This document shows positions 1 to 12,780 of a stretch of 64,000 nucleotides of DNA, one piece after another; position 1 is the stretch's first letter; each line of letters begins with the position of its first letter. A model generated the notes under the pieces. The model searched no databases. It was given only the letters and a program-made list of their open reading frames with translations, and was not told where the DNA came from. This DNA comes from Neophaeotheca triangularis (Eukaryota). Where the stretch lies: the NCBI GenBank assembly GCA_054600435.1, contig BAAIJX010000002.1, positions 62,001 through 126,000 on the forward strand, given 5' to 3'. Made by a program: the position numbers and the translations under genes.

Positions 1-1400
1 GCAGCAACAAGGCTGTGCGCAAGCTGTTGCACGTTGCCGTGAGTGATGTCAGCGACGATGTGCGAAGAGCGGCAGTCATGAGCTTGGGTTTCGTGCTGTT
101 CAGGAAGCCGGGCAGTGTGCCTAGAATGGTCGAGCTTCTCGCCGAATCCTACAACCCTCACGTTCGGTACGGTGCAACCATGGCCCTGGGTATCGCATGT
201 GCCGGCACCGGTCTCGAGGACGCCATTGACCTTTTGGAGCCCATGATGAAGGATTCCACCGACTTTGTTCGCCAAGGTGCCTTGATCGCCACGTCCATGA
301 TTATGGTCCAGCAGAACGAGGCCATGAACCCCAAGGTCGGCACAATCCGCAAGCAATTGCAGAAGATGATTGGTGATCGCCACGAAGACGCCATGTCCAA
401 GTTCGGCTGCGCGCTGGCTCTCGGCATCATCGACGCTGGTGGTCGCAACTGCACCATCAGCTTGCAGACCCAGTCGGGCAGCTTGAACATGTCCGCTATT
501 GTCGGCATGGCCGTCTTCACTCAATACTGGTATTGGTTCCCCTTCACACACTTCCTGTCTCTCGCCTTCACCCCCACGGCCATCATCGGTATCGACCAGG
601 ATCTCGAAGTCCCCAGCTTCAAGTTCCACAGCAACACGCGCCCAAGCATGTTCGACTACCCCCCGGAGCAAGAAGTCAAGACCGAAGAGGCGCCTGAGAA
701 GGTCAAGACAGCCGTGCTCTCCACCACGGCGCAAGCGAAGCGGAGAAAAGCCGCCAAAGCTCGCGAAAACAGGGACCAGAGCATGGACGTCGACGCCGCG
801 CCCACAACCCCCAAGCCCGACGCCGCCGACACAGAAATGAAAGACGACGACACCAACGTGGTGGAAACGGGAAAGCCCAGCGAAGGCAAGGAAACCGAAG
901 AGAAAGAAGCCTCGGTGGCGAAGAAGCTGGAAAAGGAAAGGCCCGGCTACGAGCTCGAGAACATGAGCCGCGTCCTCCCAGGGCAGGTCAAGTACATCAG
1001 CTTTCCACCCGAGGGCCGCTACCAACCCGTGAAAAAGGTACGTCTCACCCCTCACAACCAACAGTCTACCGCTACCCTTACTAACTACCTCCCCTTCCAG
1101 CCGACCGGCGGCATAACACTCCTCCACGACACCCAACCGGACTCCCCGAAAGACCTTGTCGAACTCAAAGCCCGCAAAAAGGCCACAACGACTCCTGCCC
1201 CTACCCCGGGTGGCGCGCAAGCCACTCCGCAGACCCCCGGTGCCAATCGCGACACCGCCATGACAGGAGCCGGGGGCGCCGCGGCCGCGGCTGGCGTCCT
1301 CAACGCGGTGGACGAAGACGACGAGGAGGGGGCGGAAGCGCCCGTGCCGGCGGAGTTCGAGGTTGATGAGAGTGAGGGTGAGGACGAAGGGGATGATTAG
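1..1400 (+). CDS. RPN2: 26S proteasome regulatory subunit Rpn2, 3' part (5'-truncated by window); intron 1038-1100
   Basis: PC-repeat sequence '[18 protein letters not shown]...YNPHVRYG...DFVRQGA...GIIDAGGRN' and C-terminal 'NMSRVLP' are typical of Rpn2/PSMD1. The intron GTACGT...TACTAAC...CAG restores 'PVKK|PTGG'. Confidence 0.96.
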   Translation, partial: SNKAVRKLLHVAVSDVSDDVRRAAVMSLGFVLFRKPGSVPRMVELLAESYNPHVRYGATMALGIACAGTGLEDAIDLLEPMMKDSTDFVRQGALIATSMIMVQQNEAMNPKVGTIRKQLQKMIGDRHEDAMSKFGCALALGIIDAGGRNCTISLQTQSGSLNMSAIVGMAVFTQYWYWFPFTHFLSLAFTPTAIIGIDQDLEVPSFKFHSNTRPSMFDYPPEQEVKTEEAPEKVKTAVLSTTAQAKRRKAAKARENRDQSMDVDAAPTTPKPDAADTEMKDDDTNVVETGKPSEGKETEEKEASVAKKLEKERPGYELENMSRVLPGQVKYISFPPEGRYQPVKKVRLTPHNQQSTATLTNYLPFQPTGGITLLHDTQPDSPKDLVELKARKKATTTPAPTPGGAQATPQTPGANRDTAMTGAGGAAAAAGVLNAVDEDDEEGAEAPVPAEFEVDESEGEDEGDD

Positions 1401-2740
1401 GTGTTTGTCTCTTGAGAGTTAAGACCTCGATTGAAGTCGAGGTTTAGGGCATGTGTGTGTGTGTGTATTACTCGGGTTTGAAGTCGAGCTAGGGGGGGAT
1501 GAGGGGAGGTATCGTGGATGAGACATGGGATCGTAGCTAGTTGTACTATAGCGCGCGCGCTTACTCGACCTTCCACAGCACGCACGCATGCCTTGCGCTT
1601 GTGCTTACGATTGTGGGGAGGCGGTAGCGGTAGCGTATACCATTAAGATAATGAGACCGTCTCCTAGGTCTCCCCTTCTTGAGTGTTCGACTGATGGACT
1701 CGGGGCAGTTGTCTTTTTGGGGAAGGGATGCCAAAAGCCGTGGCGTTTACCTTTCCTTGCTCTACCGTCCGTAAGTGCCTACTTACTATTACACCTTGCC
1801 TTGTAGTACTGTGAGGTATTCTTAGCAGTAACCCCGGGCAGTCGTGACGTGAGATGGGCGTGATATATAAAGACATGGCCGTGAATCCTTGTGATTGCTT
1901 TTGGCGAGGTCGAGGTACTTGAGGTACTAGACTAGGTACGGTATATAGTAAGATCAGGTAGGTAAGGTAGCGTAGAACACTGCAGGCTGACGAAGCGGGA
2001 TTCAGAGGTGGTACGGGTTTTAGTAATAAGGTAGTAGGGTAATTCCCGACGGTCGTAAGGCTGCTTGTTTGCCGGTCAGCTTTGAAGGCATAGCCGAGGC
2101 GTGGGGGGGGGGATAGTGCAGCTGTAGGTAATCATTGTTTTATATGGGGATATTTGGATGGGTTTGATTGTTGTTGTTGTTGTTGTAGAAGAAGACTATC
2201 TACCTTATAACCACGACGATAGATACTAGTATCAAGATGGAGAGTGATTTATAGTGTACCTTGGGCCTTGAGGCATGTCCTACTGTACCTTAGTTATCGT
2301 CACAAAATGACTAACGTCAGTCTCCCCTGCAAGCCCGGTTAGGTAAGATGATAACCAGAAAATAGTTACCTAGGTCTATGGCAAACCACTTCCAGCAATG
2401 AATAATGACAATATTGAAGCCCGCCGTAGCGTTTGCTTAGTTCGCTTCGGTTGCTCGTCTATCTATCTGACATGCGCCCCCCCCCCTTCTGCTTTTACCG
2501 ATATGCCGCGCCTAAACAGGTCACAGCTGAGGAGTGGGGTTGCCATGTCTCCATCGTTCCCGCCGCTTCCACCTTTTAGCTGGTCTTGACTCTTGAATGA
2601 TGATATGCCTCGATAGTACGGTAATACGGTAAGGTAAGGTGAGTTAGGTACAGTACCTCCACCTGAGTTAGTTGGTATCGACACCTGGTCTTGTCTTGTC
2701 TTGTCATGTCGACGAGCCCGCCGAGTAGTAGCATTGCCGC

Positions 2741-2779
2741 TCTCTCACTGTCTCTCTCTACTCTCTCTCTCTCTCTCTC
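2741..2779. repeat. Imperfect (CT)n microsatellite upstream of the coiled-coil gene
   Basis: tctctcactgtctctctctactctctctctctctctctc seen directly. Confidence 0.8.
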
Positions 2780-2966
2780 CCCCTTCTACTCTCACTACAT
2801 ACTATACCTCCAATCTCATCCCACACAGCTGACCTCGGATCAGAGGGTCCCCCATTCCGTACCAATGCCCTCCTACCCGAGGCATTTCTTACCGACCTTT
2901 GTCGGTTCCACGCATGGCCAAGTTGAAGCTACACCCTTTGGCAGCTAACACCCTTGCGAGTCGATC

Positions 2967-5900
2967 ATGTACAAGCAAGCTCATTGGGATGTTGCCAGAT
3001 GGAGAGAAGCGTCACGGTCCGCTGCCCAAGAGCGTCCTCCCAATTTCACAGACCACGCCGCATCCCATCACCAATCTTGGCCCCTCCAGTCGTCGACCTC
3101 AGACCACACCCACTCACGAATGGCGCCAGCCGAGACGTCAGACGGACCTAATGCCGGTGGAATTGCAACGGCTCCAATCTCATCTTCTCGTCCTTCGCTT
3201 TCGGACCCCTGGGCGAGCTTACATCGTCTGCACAGAGAGCCAGCAGCTACTGCTTCTTACCCCTCCGTGACACCTCTGAGTGTCGATATACCTGAAACTC
3301 AAGCTCAGGTTTACAGTCAAGGCCAAGGCATGTTTAGACACCTTTCGTCCTCTTCCACAGCGGCTTGCCCTCGTCGCTCGATGAAGAAAATATACTATCA
3401 TGAACTGATGCCATGCCAGATTCTCGCAGAGCGTCCCACGTTTCAGAGGCCCCGCATGGCGCGAGCAATCGGGATCTCAACGAGTCCAAGAGTCAAGAAG
3501 CGCTTTCACGTAGGGGATCGTCGACCTTGCCGTCGTTTGCAACTTTGCAACATTATGCTACCAGTCGACCGAACAATGCGGCACCGCCTTCCACACGATC
3601 GCTGTCGTCGACACAGCATCCGTGCTCGACGTGCGATCAGGTGTTGCCGTTGATCAAGGATGTTGCTGCTGCGGCAATGTACCTACACGAGGCTGCTCAG
3701 GTGTTTTGCGCGAGGACTGCCAGCGAAGTGAGTGTGGAGATTGGGGTTTGCCGGGAGCCGCCTCAATTTTTCGTTCGGCTAACAGGTGTTAGCAGGCGCC
3801 TGAATGTCCCACGACCAGCCCGACGCAGACGTTGCAATGGGTTCACGACCGACTTGTGGCTGCAAGGGCCGATGTGCGCAGTGCCGCTCCTGGGCACGCC
3901 ATGCAGCCGCACACTCCAGGCCCCCCTAACCGTCATCTTATCAACAGCCGCTCCCGCGGCGGCTCACCATTGAACCTGCCGTTCAAACGTTCTACAGATT
4001 ACGATGAGGGTTTTGCTCGCCCGACTGCGAAGAAGCCTAGGAACGATTCACATTCTGACACATACGTCAGAAGACGCAGTTCCGTCCTTTCGCAGCACAC
4101 TGAGGCAGTCCAAAATCAGGGCCCTACTACACGCGGACTCTTCCAAAGGGCTCTCTCACCACCACTACCTACAGATTCAGCTCCTGGGTCTGCACATCCA
4201 GGACACCAGTCTCCGGCACCGCTGTCACTAGCACCGCCGACCGTGGATTCAATGGGTTCGCCAACCGCGTCATACAGAGCACCATCGACCATCCACACGA
4301 CTTCGACATCATCAGCCACATCTGCACACATAGCCGAACTGCAACACCAAGTAACGCTAAAGTCCCTGTCCTTGCAATCATTACAGTCTGAATACTCCTC
4401 CATGCTGCAAAAACTACAGCGCGAGAAGATAAAATCTCAAGCTATAGAAAAGAAAACCACCGTCGCAGACAACGAGGTCAATGAGCTTACCATCAAGAAC
4501 GAGGATCTGACCGAGCAGGTCAAGGATTTGGAAACTCAGCTCGAGGAGACGGCGAAGAAGCGCGATGCGGAACGCACGGCTGCGGCTAAGGAGAAGGATC
4601 AGTGGAGTCGTATGTTGGAGATGAGCGGTCGGCTTCATTCAAAATGCGTGGCGGACAAGGAGAAACTGGCTGAGGAGAGGGCGACGCTTGAGAGGCGGTT
4701 GTTGATTTTGCAAGGCGAGAAATCTAACACAAGCAGTTCTGCTAGCGATGCAGACGTGGCTGTCAAGGAAAATGGTAACTGGCAACCTTACTCCCAAAGT
4801 TCCGCCCACTCTACCCAACCCCTCCAAGCAAGTGCCGGTCCCCATCACACCGAAGAGCGTCTCAAGCGGGACAATGCTTCTTTGCGAAATACAATTGAGG
4901 GCTTGCGTTTCGCTCTCATGACGCTCAGGCAGGACTCGCAAGAGTTCCACGAGTCGCTGCAACGAATCCAATCTCATGGCAAGAAATTCGAAGACGTTAT
5001 TGCGCAGGCTTTGGAGAGCGACAAGGTGCACGTAACAGCGACGAATCCAGCTACCGATTCTGCAACCAAACCACGAGAGAAGCAGATTGCCGCACCCGCG
5101 ATACAAGGGGACAGCGCTCTGCTTATCACCAACTCGGCTGCGCGCACTAGACCGGCAAAAAGGCCATCCCAACTCTCCCAGCCGCCAAGCCCGCAGCACG
5201 CTCTACCAGAACTAGATCTCAGCCCCACTGCTGTGGCAGCGGCGGCAAGAGCCCACACTCCAGAGTCCACGGAGCTGGGATTTGACGTCCAAACGACGAC
5301 CAAATCCCCCGAAGAGCTTATGCGCGCTCTCGGCCCCGTCCCCATCTCGACTTCGGCCAACAAGCATCTATCGACCTCGCCTCAGACGGCCAGAACGAGT
5401 GGGAAGAAGGACCAGAGCGTAGAAGCTGCGAAATCGCAAGGTATTGAGCGGAATCGACCTAATATCGATTCTGCTTCTGGGAGAGTACGTCGTGTCGTTA
5501 ATTCCCGGCAGTTAGACGAGAGAATAACTAATGTGATTGTGAGTTGCAGTCCCTAAATTCAGCTTGGACAAGCGTGAATAAAGGTCCTCAGACTATGATT
5601 GCGCTCATAGACCAGCAAACGAAGCGACCAAACCTCACTCGAGCTCCCCCAGCCCCATCTTCCATTTCCACCACTAGTCAACACACCGCATTCCCAGCCA
5701 ATGCCCCAAAGCCCAACGCAACACCCACCCCCAGCGCCACCAAGTCCACTCCCAACGCTACTACCCCCATGGCCGCAACTACGAGCACGGCATCCGCATC
5801 TTTCAACCCTCCAACTAAACCACAAACTGATTTCCCTAACTTCCGCCCCGAGACATCGTGGCAACAAGCGCCGCAGTTCTTTTGCACCAAGAACCCTTAC

Positions 5901-6044
5901 TCCCCGTCGCAACTGCAGACCAGCACGCGACCGAGAAATTCAGCAGACGAGGGCGGGAAGTGGAGCTTGCCGCCTTTGCGGGAATCAAAATCCACTGTTG
6001 AATCTGAGACTGAGCCCGAGAGGAAGGGCACACGGTTTGAATGA
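2967..6044 (+). CDS. Uncharacterized S/P-rich fungal protein with central coiled coil; 4 exons (introns 3328-3419 GC-AG, 3728-3792/3795, 5485-5549)
   Basis: Four overlapping ORFs (2967, 3413, 3832, 5544) join in phase through the listed splice sites. Heptad-rich segment 'HIAELQHQVTLKSLSLQSLQSEYSSMLQKLQREKIK...'. Confidence 0.75.
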
Positions 6045-6830
6045 TTGAGAGAGGATGGGGCGGGAGTGGAGAACGAGGGTGATGGGGTTGGGAGGAGGAG
6101 CTTAGGGGTGATGGGTTTCAAGATGATTGTTGTTTTTAGCGTACTGTGTTTCTGGGCCTGGCTGGAGGTGCCGGGTGTGCGTGCTCTTGATGTTCTGAAG
6201 TGAGAGGTTTTGTTTTGCGTTGAAGCCGGTGGGGTTTCTACTGCTTCTATCGAGGTCATCGAGTCGCTTCGTAGTTGACTTTTTTGTGACTAGCTCTTTT
6301 CGGTGTCCTTCAAGCTGGGAGGGGAGGGCAGAGCTGGAGGGGATAGCCTGCAAGCTCGGCATAAGCTTTCCCGAACAGACGGCGACTTCACCTCCTCCAC
6401 TTTCCAGCTGCTTTGAGCTGCTCGAGCTCGTGTCTAACGTTATGCTTGATCACGATGCTGCTCAAGTGGTGGTGGTGTTGCTCAATTCCTCCACATTCCT
6501 CTCCGCTTTTACCCTGCAGGTACCTGGCAAAGATCGACAAGCTTGAACCCTCTTTTGCGTCTTACAATACATGGAGCCGACTTCTCCTCACTCCCGGCAT
6601 GAAGGATGATAGGTACACTTTCCTTCCGCAACCATGTATCCGACAAGTTGATTGACGGAGAAACATAAACCATCACCATGCACCTCCTTGAGTGACATGA
6701 CGCTGCATCGCGTGCAAGCAGTAAAGCTCAGAGCTTTGCCACAAACTCACACTAGGATATAAAGCGGTAGTACGCACACCCTTCCCCCCTTACCTAGTCT
6801 CCAGCACACCGCGTACGAAAGACGGAGAAA

Positions 6831-9800
6831 ATGCGTCTCCTAAACCCCCTCCTTTTCCTGCTAGGAGCAGCCACAACGCTCCTCGCGACCGACAACGGCC
6901 TCACAACCGCCGTAACGTGGGACCAATACAGCCTCCTGATCAACAACGAGCGCGTTTGGATCTTCGCGGGCGAATTCCACTACGAGCGCCTCCCCGTGCC
7001 CGAGCTCTGGCGCGACGTCTTGCAGAAGTTCAAAGCCAACGGCCTCAACGCCGTCAACACTTATTTCTTCTGGAGTTACCATTCCGCCTCGCGAGGGGTT
7101 TTGGATTTCGAGACGGCCGGCAAGGACGTTCAGAGGTTGTTCGATATTGCCAGGGAAGAGGGCTTGTGGGTTGTTGCTAGGCCTGGGCCGTATGTCAATG
7201 CTGAGACTAGTGCGGGTGGCTTGGCGCTTTGGACGACTGATGGCTCTGGGGGCGAGTATAGGACTGCCGACGAGCGGTTTTATGAGGTGAGTCGGGGTGG
7301 TTTTGTGGGTTTGCTGGCTAGGCGGGGGACGTGGCTGACTTTGCGTCGCGCCAGGCGTGGCTTCCTTGGATCACTGAGATGGGGAAGATTATTGCTAGGA
7401 ACCAGATCACGGAGGGTGGGCCGGTTATAATGGATCAGATTGAGAATGAGTGGGTGCTGCCGCGTGTTCTGGGGGAAGCGCGAGTGCTTGACGCTGACGC
7501 TCGTGGCCAGACTTACGCAAAACAGCCGTGATGCCAACGATACCCTGGTGCGGTACATGGAGCAGATCCAACGCGCTTCGAGAGATGCCGGCATCGTCGT
7601 TCCGTTCAACTCGAATGAGAAGAACTTCCGTGGTCCTTCGTGGACGACCGATTTTGAGCCGGTCGGTGATTCGGCTGTGGATCTATATGGCTTGGACGAT
7701 TACCCGGGTGCGCTCAGCTGCAGCGACATCGAGGCCGGGTTTCATGTGGAACGCGAGTATTATCAGTGGTTTCAGAATTACTCTTACACGCAGCCCAACT
7801 TTTGGCCGGAATTTGAAGGTAAATCATTGTCCCTTGGCCAAAAGCACCAGTGCGAATCGAGCTAATACTCAGTTTGGGCGGCTGGTTTAATCAATGGGGG
7901 GGTTATTTCTACGACGAGTGCATTGCTGAACACGATCCTGCTTTCCCCGATGTCTTTTACAAGAATAACATTGGGCAGAACGGAGCGCTTCTCAGCATCT
8001 ACATGACCTACGGCGGAACCAACTGGGGCAATCTCGCGGCGCCCGTAGTCTACACCAGCTATGACTACTCTGCACCGCTCCGGGAGACTAGAGAGGTACA
8101 ACTCAAGTTCAAGCAGGAAAAGCTCGTTGCCCTCTTCACCAGAGTCAGTGAGGACCTAAGAAAAACGGACATGGAAAGCAATGGCACCGGAAACGCTGTC
8201 AGTAGCGACGACATCTGGACTTGGGTCCTTCGGAATCCCGACAATGATGCTGGTTTCTATGTGCTTCAGCACAAGGACACAAGTTCGCGAAAGGTTACTG
8301 ATTTCTCCATCCACCTTGACACTTCTGTTGGGCCGATCACAGTCGACAATGTCCAGCTCAATGGCAGGCAGTCTAAAATCGTCACTACGGACTATCACTT
8401 TGGCGACAACACCATGCTCTACTGCACTGCTGACATTGCCGTGTACGGCTTCTTCGAGGTACCTGTCATGGTGTTGTATCTCGAAGCAGGCCAAGTCGGC
8501 GAGTTTGCCTTTCGAAACAAAGGATCCGATAGCGACTCGAATTTCAAGGTGCACGGCGATGCCGATGTGACAAGCAACCCGAAGGTTACCTCGGACGACG
8601 GCTCCTCACACTTCACCAAATATAGGTATACGCAGTCATCTGGATCAACGGTAGTCGAGTTGGCGGAAGGCGTGCTGGTCTATCTCCTGGAGAAGGAGAC
8701 GGCTTGGAACTTCTTCGCTCCGTCTTTGACCGCCAATCCTGTTGTCAAGCCGGACGAACAAGTTTTCGTACTCGGTCCATACAACGTCAGGAACGTCAGT
8801 GTCAGCGATGGTGTTGTTACGCTGGTAGGTGACAATGCCAACACTACTCGTCTGGAGGTGTACGCTGGTAGTGGCTGCGATCGAGTGGTATGGAACGGCA
8901 AGACCGTCAACACCCAGCGCTCGCCCTATGGGTCCTTGATCGGCGAAGCGCCTGGCGCTACCGACCGCAACGTCGAGCTCCCGGAGTTATCTTGGGTCGG
9001 TACTGAGGCCTTCCCCGAGCGCTACCGCAACTACGATGATTCCGCCTGGGTCGTCTGCAACAAAACTTCGACTCTCAACCCAACCGATCCCCTAACCCTT
9101 CCTGTACTTTACTCCCCCGACTACGGCTATTACTCCGGCGCGAAGATCTACCGTGGCTACTTCGATGGCAAAGAAGCAACTTCTGCCAACATCACCGCCC
9201 AGGGTGGCGACGCCAGCGGCTTCAGCGCCTGGCTCAACGGCGAATTCGCAGGCGTCTACATCGGTAACGCCACCGAAGCCGGCGGCTCCGCACTCCTCGA
9301 CTTCCACGACATCACCCTCCACGACACCGACAACGTCCTCACAGTCGTCACAGACTTCACCGGTTTCGACCAAATGAACGTCGGGCCCTCTGGCGGACAG
9401 AACCCGCGCGGCATCCTCGGCGCCTGGCTCTACGGCAACGACAACAGCACTCTCAACTTCACGAGGTGGAAAATCCAAGGCAACGCCGGCGGCGACGCCA
9501 ACATCGACCCCGTCCGCGGTCCCATGAACGAAGACGGCCTGCACGGCACCCGCGTCGGCTGGCACCTCCCGGGCTACCAACCCGACGACACCTTCACCGC
9601 CACCTCCCCACTCGAAGGTCTCAACGCAAGCGGTCTGCACTGGTACATTTCCCACTTCGACCTCGACCTGGACGCCGACCTAGACGTCCCGCTCGGCCTC
9701 CAACTCACCGCCCCCAACGACACAACCGCCAGCCTCCAGTTCTACGTCAACGGCTACCAGTATGGCAAGTACATGCCGCATCTGGGGCCGCAGACGCGTT

Positions 9801-10000
9801 TCCCCTTTCCCCCCGGCGTTGTCAATAACCGCGGCCGCAATACTTTGGCGCTGAGTCCGTGGGCGCAGACCGAGGAGGGCGCGAGCTTGGATAAGGTTGA
9901 GTTGATCGGGTATAATGTCTTTCAGACTGGGTTCGATTTCAACCAGGACTGGGAGTATTTGCAGCCTGCGTGGGATGAGGCGAGGCTGAGGTATGCTTGA
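6831..10000 (+). CDS. Secreted GH35 beta-galactosidase (LacB-like); introns 7287-7354, 7450-7510, 7819-~7877
   Basis: Signal peptide; 'GEFHYERLPVPELWRDVLQKFKANGLN', 'RPGPYVNAE', acid/base 'QIENE', nucleophile 'PEFEGGWF', 'YMTYGGTNWG..VYTSYDY', and C-terminal 'GPQTRFPFPPG'. The third acceptor is non-canonical (see findings). Confidence 0.93.
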
Positions 10001-10520
10001 GTTTGCGATGATGGGCGACGTGGGGGGTGGGGGCGCGTGGGCGGTGACGTTGAGGGTCTTTTTTAGGTAGAGGATTTCTCGTACCACTGTTGCTACCTTT
10101 TTGACGAGCACCGATGTTGTCTCAAGGTATGGGAATTTCCCATTGCTAGCGTTCGTGTGCCGAGGGCCAGCGTGCAATGTCTGCTGCTGAGAATCCTCTG
10201 CATCAGGAATTACCAGACTTTCACGGGGAGAAGTGAAGCGTGACAGGTACCTCCAATGAGTACGCGGGACTTGTCACAAAGATCACTCCGAACCTAGACA
10301 CCAATCTCGAGTGAGCGTCAAAGCAAACGCAAAACATCAGAGTGATAGAAGGTAGTCGCTGGTGTGGATGAGTCTGCGTTTTCCATCTGCTCCTGCGCGG
10401 CCTTTGGAAGTGGTCTCCATCCAAGTGCGCCGTCTTCTTGTTCTAGTAGACTCTTACAAACCTCAAGGGATGATGAAATTGCTCGTACAAATTTACAAAC
10501 CCTCCAAACCGCAAAAGCCG

Positions 10521-11778
10521 CTACAGACGAGCCACGAAACCCGATCGATCCAACTGTAAACATCGCATTAGCATGGCAACGCCTTGGCGCGAGTTGTGGA
10601 AGGTATACACTTACTTTTGCCAAATACCCCTTATCAATGCCCTTGACACTCGTCGTCCCCGCCAAACCCATACAAAGCCTCACCTCATCCCCGATGATTT
10701 TCAAACAAAGCTCCACGCCCGCCTGCCCCTTGTACGCCAACCCCCACAGCACGGGGCGGCCGATCCAGACGAAATCAGCCCCCAGCGCAATCGCCTTGAA
10801 AACGTCCGTGCCATGCCTGATGCCTCCATCGACATGGACGGGAATGCGGCCGCCGACGGCGTCGGCGACTTCGGGCAGCGCGTCCAGCGTCGCCAGCGCG
10901 CCGTTCAGCTGCCGCCCGCCGTGGTTGGAGACGACGATGCCATCGCATCCGTGCCGCACAGCGAGCTCGGCGTCCTCGCCCGTCGCCACCCCCTTGACCC
11001 ACACTTGCATCTCCGGCCCGCACTGCTCCTTCAGCCACTTGATGTCCCGCTCCCAATTCAACGTCGGGTTGGCCGCGTGCGTGTGGAAAGTCACAGGCCC
11101 TTTGGGCGGAACCCTCTTCCCGCCTTCAAAATACCCGGGCTCCGAAGCCCGCCTCTCGCCACCCCGCTCCCCCCCATCCTCAGACGCAGACTGCCGCTCG
11201 GGATCAAAATTCGCGACCCTAAAATGCGGCGGCAGGCGAAACTGATTCCGAATCTCCAAATTCCTCCTCCCCAAAAACGGGGTATCGACGGTCAAGAAAA
11301 CGGCCTTGAAACCCGCCTCCTTGGCGCGGCGGATCAGCTCGCGACTGTGCTCGCGCTCCTCGAAGAGATACAACTGCAAAACAGCGGGAACGCCAGGGCA
11401 GGCGGCGGCGACATCCTCGAGCGTCGTCGTGGCGAAAGACGAAAGTCCCATGGCGACGCCCATTTTGCGGCAAGCGCGCGCCGTCGCCAGCTCGCCGTCG
11501 GGGTGCGCGAGACATTGCATGGCCGTCGGCGCGACGCCGACGGGGATGGAAGTGGCGTGGCCGAAGAGCGGCGTCGTCGTGTCGATGGCGCTGACGTCGC
11601 GGAGCACGCGCGGCCGGATGCGGTATTTGGCGTAGGCGGACTTGTTTTCGTGGAGCGTGGAGCCGTTGTCCGCGCCTTCGTTGTAGTAGTCGCGGGTTTG
11701 TTTGTCCATGAGGTCGTGGGCGTGGGCTTCGAGTTCGGCGATGGTGAGGCAGTTGAGGTCGTGGTCGGTGGAGGGCAT
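10521..11778 (-). CDS. FMN-dependent (S)-2-hydroxy-acid oxidase/dehydrogenase (glycolate oxidase family), peroxisomal; intron 10554-10614
   Basis: 'YYNEGAD', 'LQLY', 'TVDTP', 'VSNHGGRQL', 'DGGIRHGTDVFKAIALGA', 'GRP' motifs; no cytochrome b5 domain. The spliced C-terminus is LDRSGFVARL* (PTS1 -ARL). Confidence 0.93.
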
Positions 11779-12780
11779 TGTTGCGGGGGGTTTGGGTGGG
11801 TGGGTGGGATGGGGTGTTGAGTTTGTGGATTGGATTAAGGAAGAAACGACAAATCGATGGCAGGAGTAGATGTTATATCAGATTCTACCCCTTTGCCATG
11901 AGGTGGACTTACCGAGGGAAGGGGCAAATTGCCATGGAGCTTAGGAGGTCGTACTTCCAAATTAATGAATGGAGAGGTCGATGAGGTCAAGCCGTAGACG
12001 GGATGCGATATCGGGCGCCGCGGTCCATGACGACGGGATGATCCTCCCCGCAAGCGAAATCGCGGAGGCTTTGGCGTGGAGATGTAATGTGCTTTCGGTA
12101 GAACGGAAGTCGGACTTCATCCCACTCTATCACCATCACTACCTCACTCTCCTCTCTACCAAAAACACTCCGATCTGTCAGATTGAGTGCAGGTCTCTAT
12201 ACGGCGATAGGAGACCTCGTAGTTGATAAGTGGCAAATTCCAGAATTTACAGTACTACCAGGCCCGCTCATAACGTTCCAGGCTCCTTCTAGCTCCTTTG
12301 ATGTTAGACGGAGCTTCGTTAACCCCTGGATAGTTGATGTCCAAAATTAGCTGTCCCAATGCCGAACAACTGAAACATAATGCAGTGTTGCTCGCAAGAC
12401 TTGATCACTCCGTAGTAAGCACTCGCAACATCCGAGTAGGAAAAAGGTCGGAGACTTGCAAAAACAGCCGGACTTTGACAAACGCAGCTTCGTACATACA
12501 ATACACAAAGCAAAAAAAAAAAAAAAAGAGCAAGACGCATATTGGATATCTAGCTTCGAACCCCATTCCGAACCACCGCAAACTCCCGAATCGTCCCGAA
12601 GGGCAATCTTTTGCCCAAAACGCCGACCTAAGCAACCAGCTATTAGCCTGCACCAGAAAAAGAAAAGATGGCCAAAAAGTATGCCCCACAACGAAGCCGT
12701 CTCAAATCGTCTCGCAATTCGTCAGGGCAAGGTACCGTCGTAACCCCAAGCCTGGAACCACAGCCTACTGCCATCCCCTT

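Noticed and set aside
6831..11778. Possible metabolic gene cluster (beta-galactosidase plus oxidase)
   Set aside because: No shared pathway, transporter, regulator or backbone enzyme; the neighbours are housekeeping genes.
10364..11820. Long + strand ORFs (293 and 415 aa) opposite the hydroxy-acid oxidase
   Set aside because: Antisense shadows of a GC-rich CDS, with no recognisable motifs.
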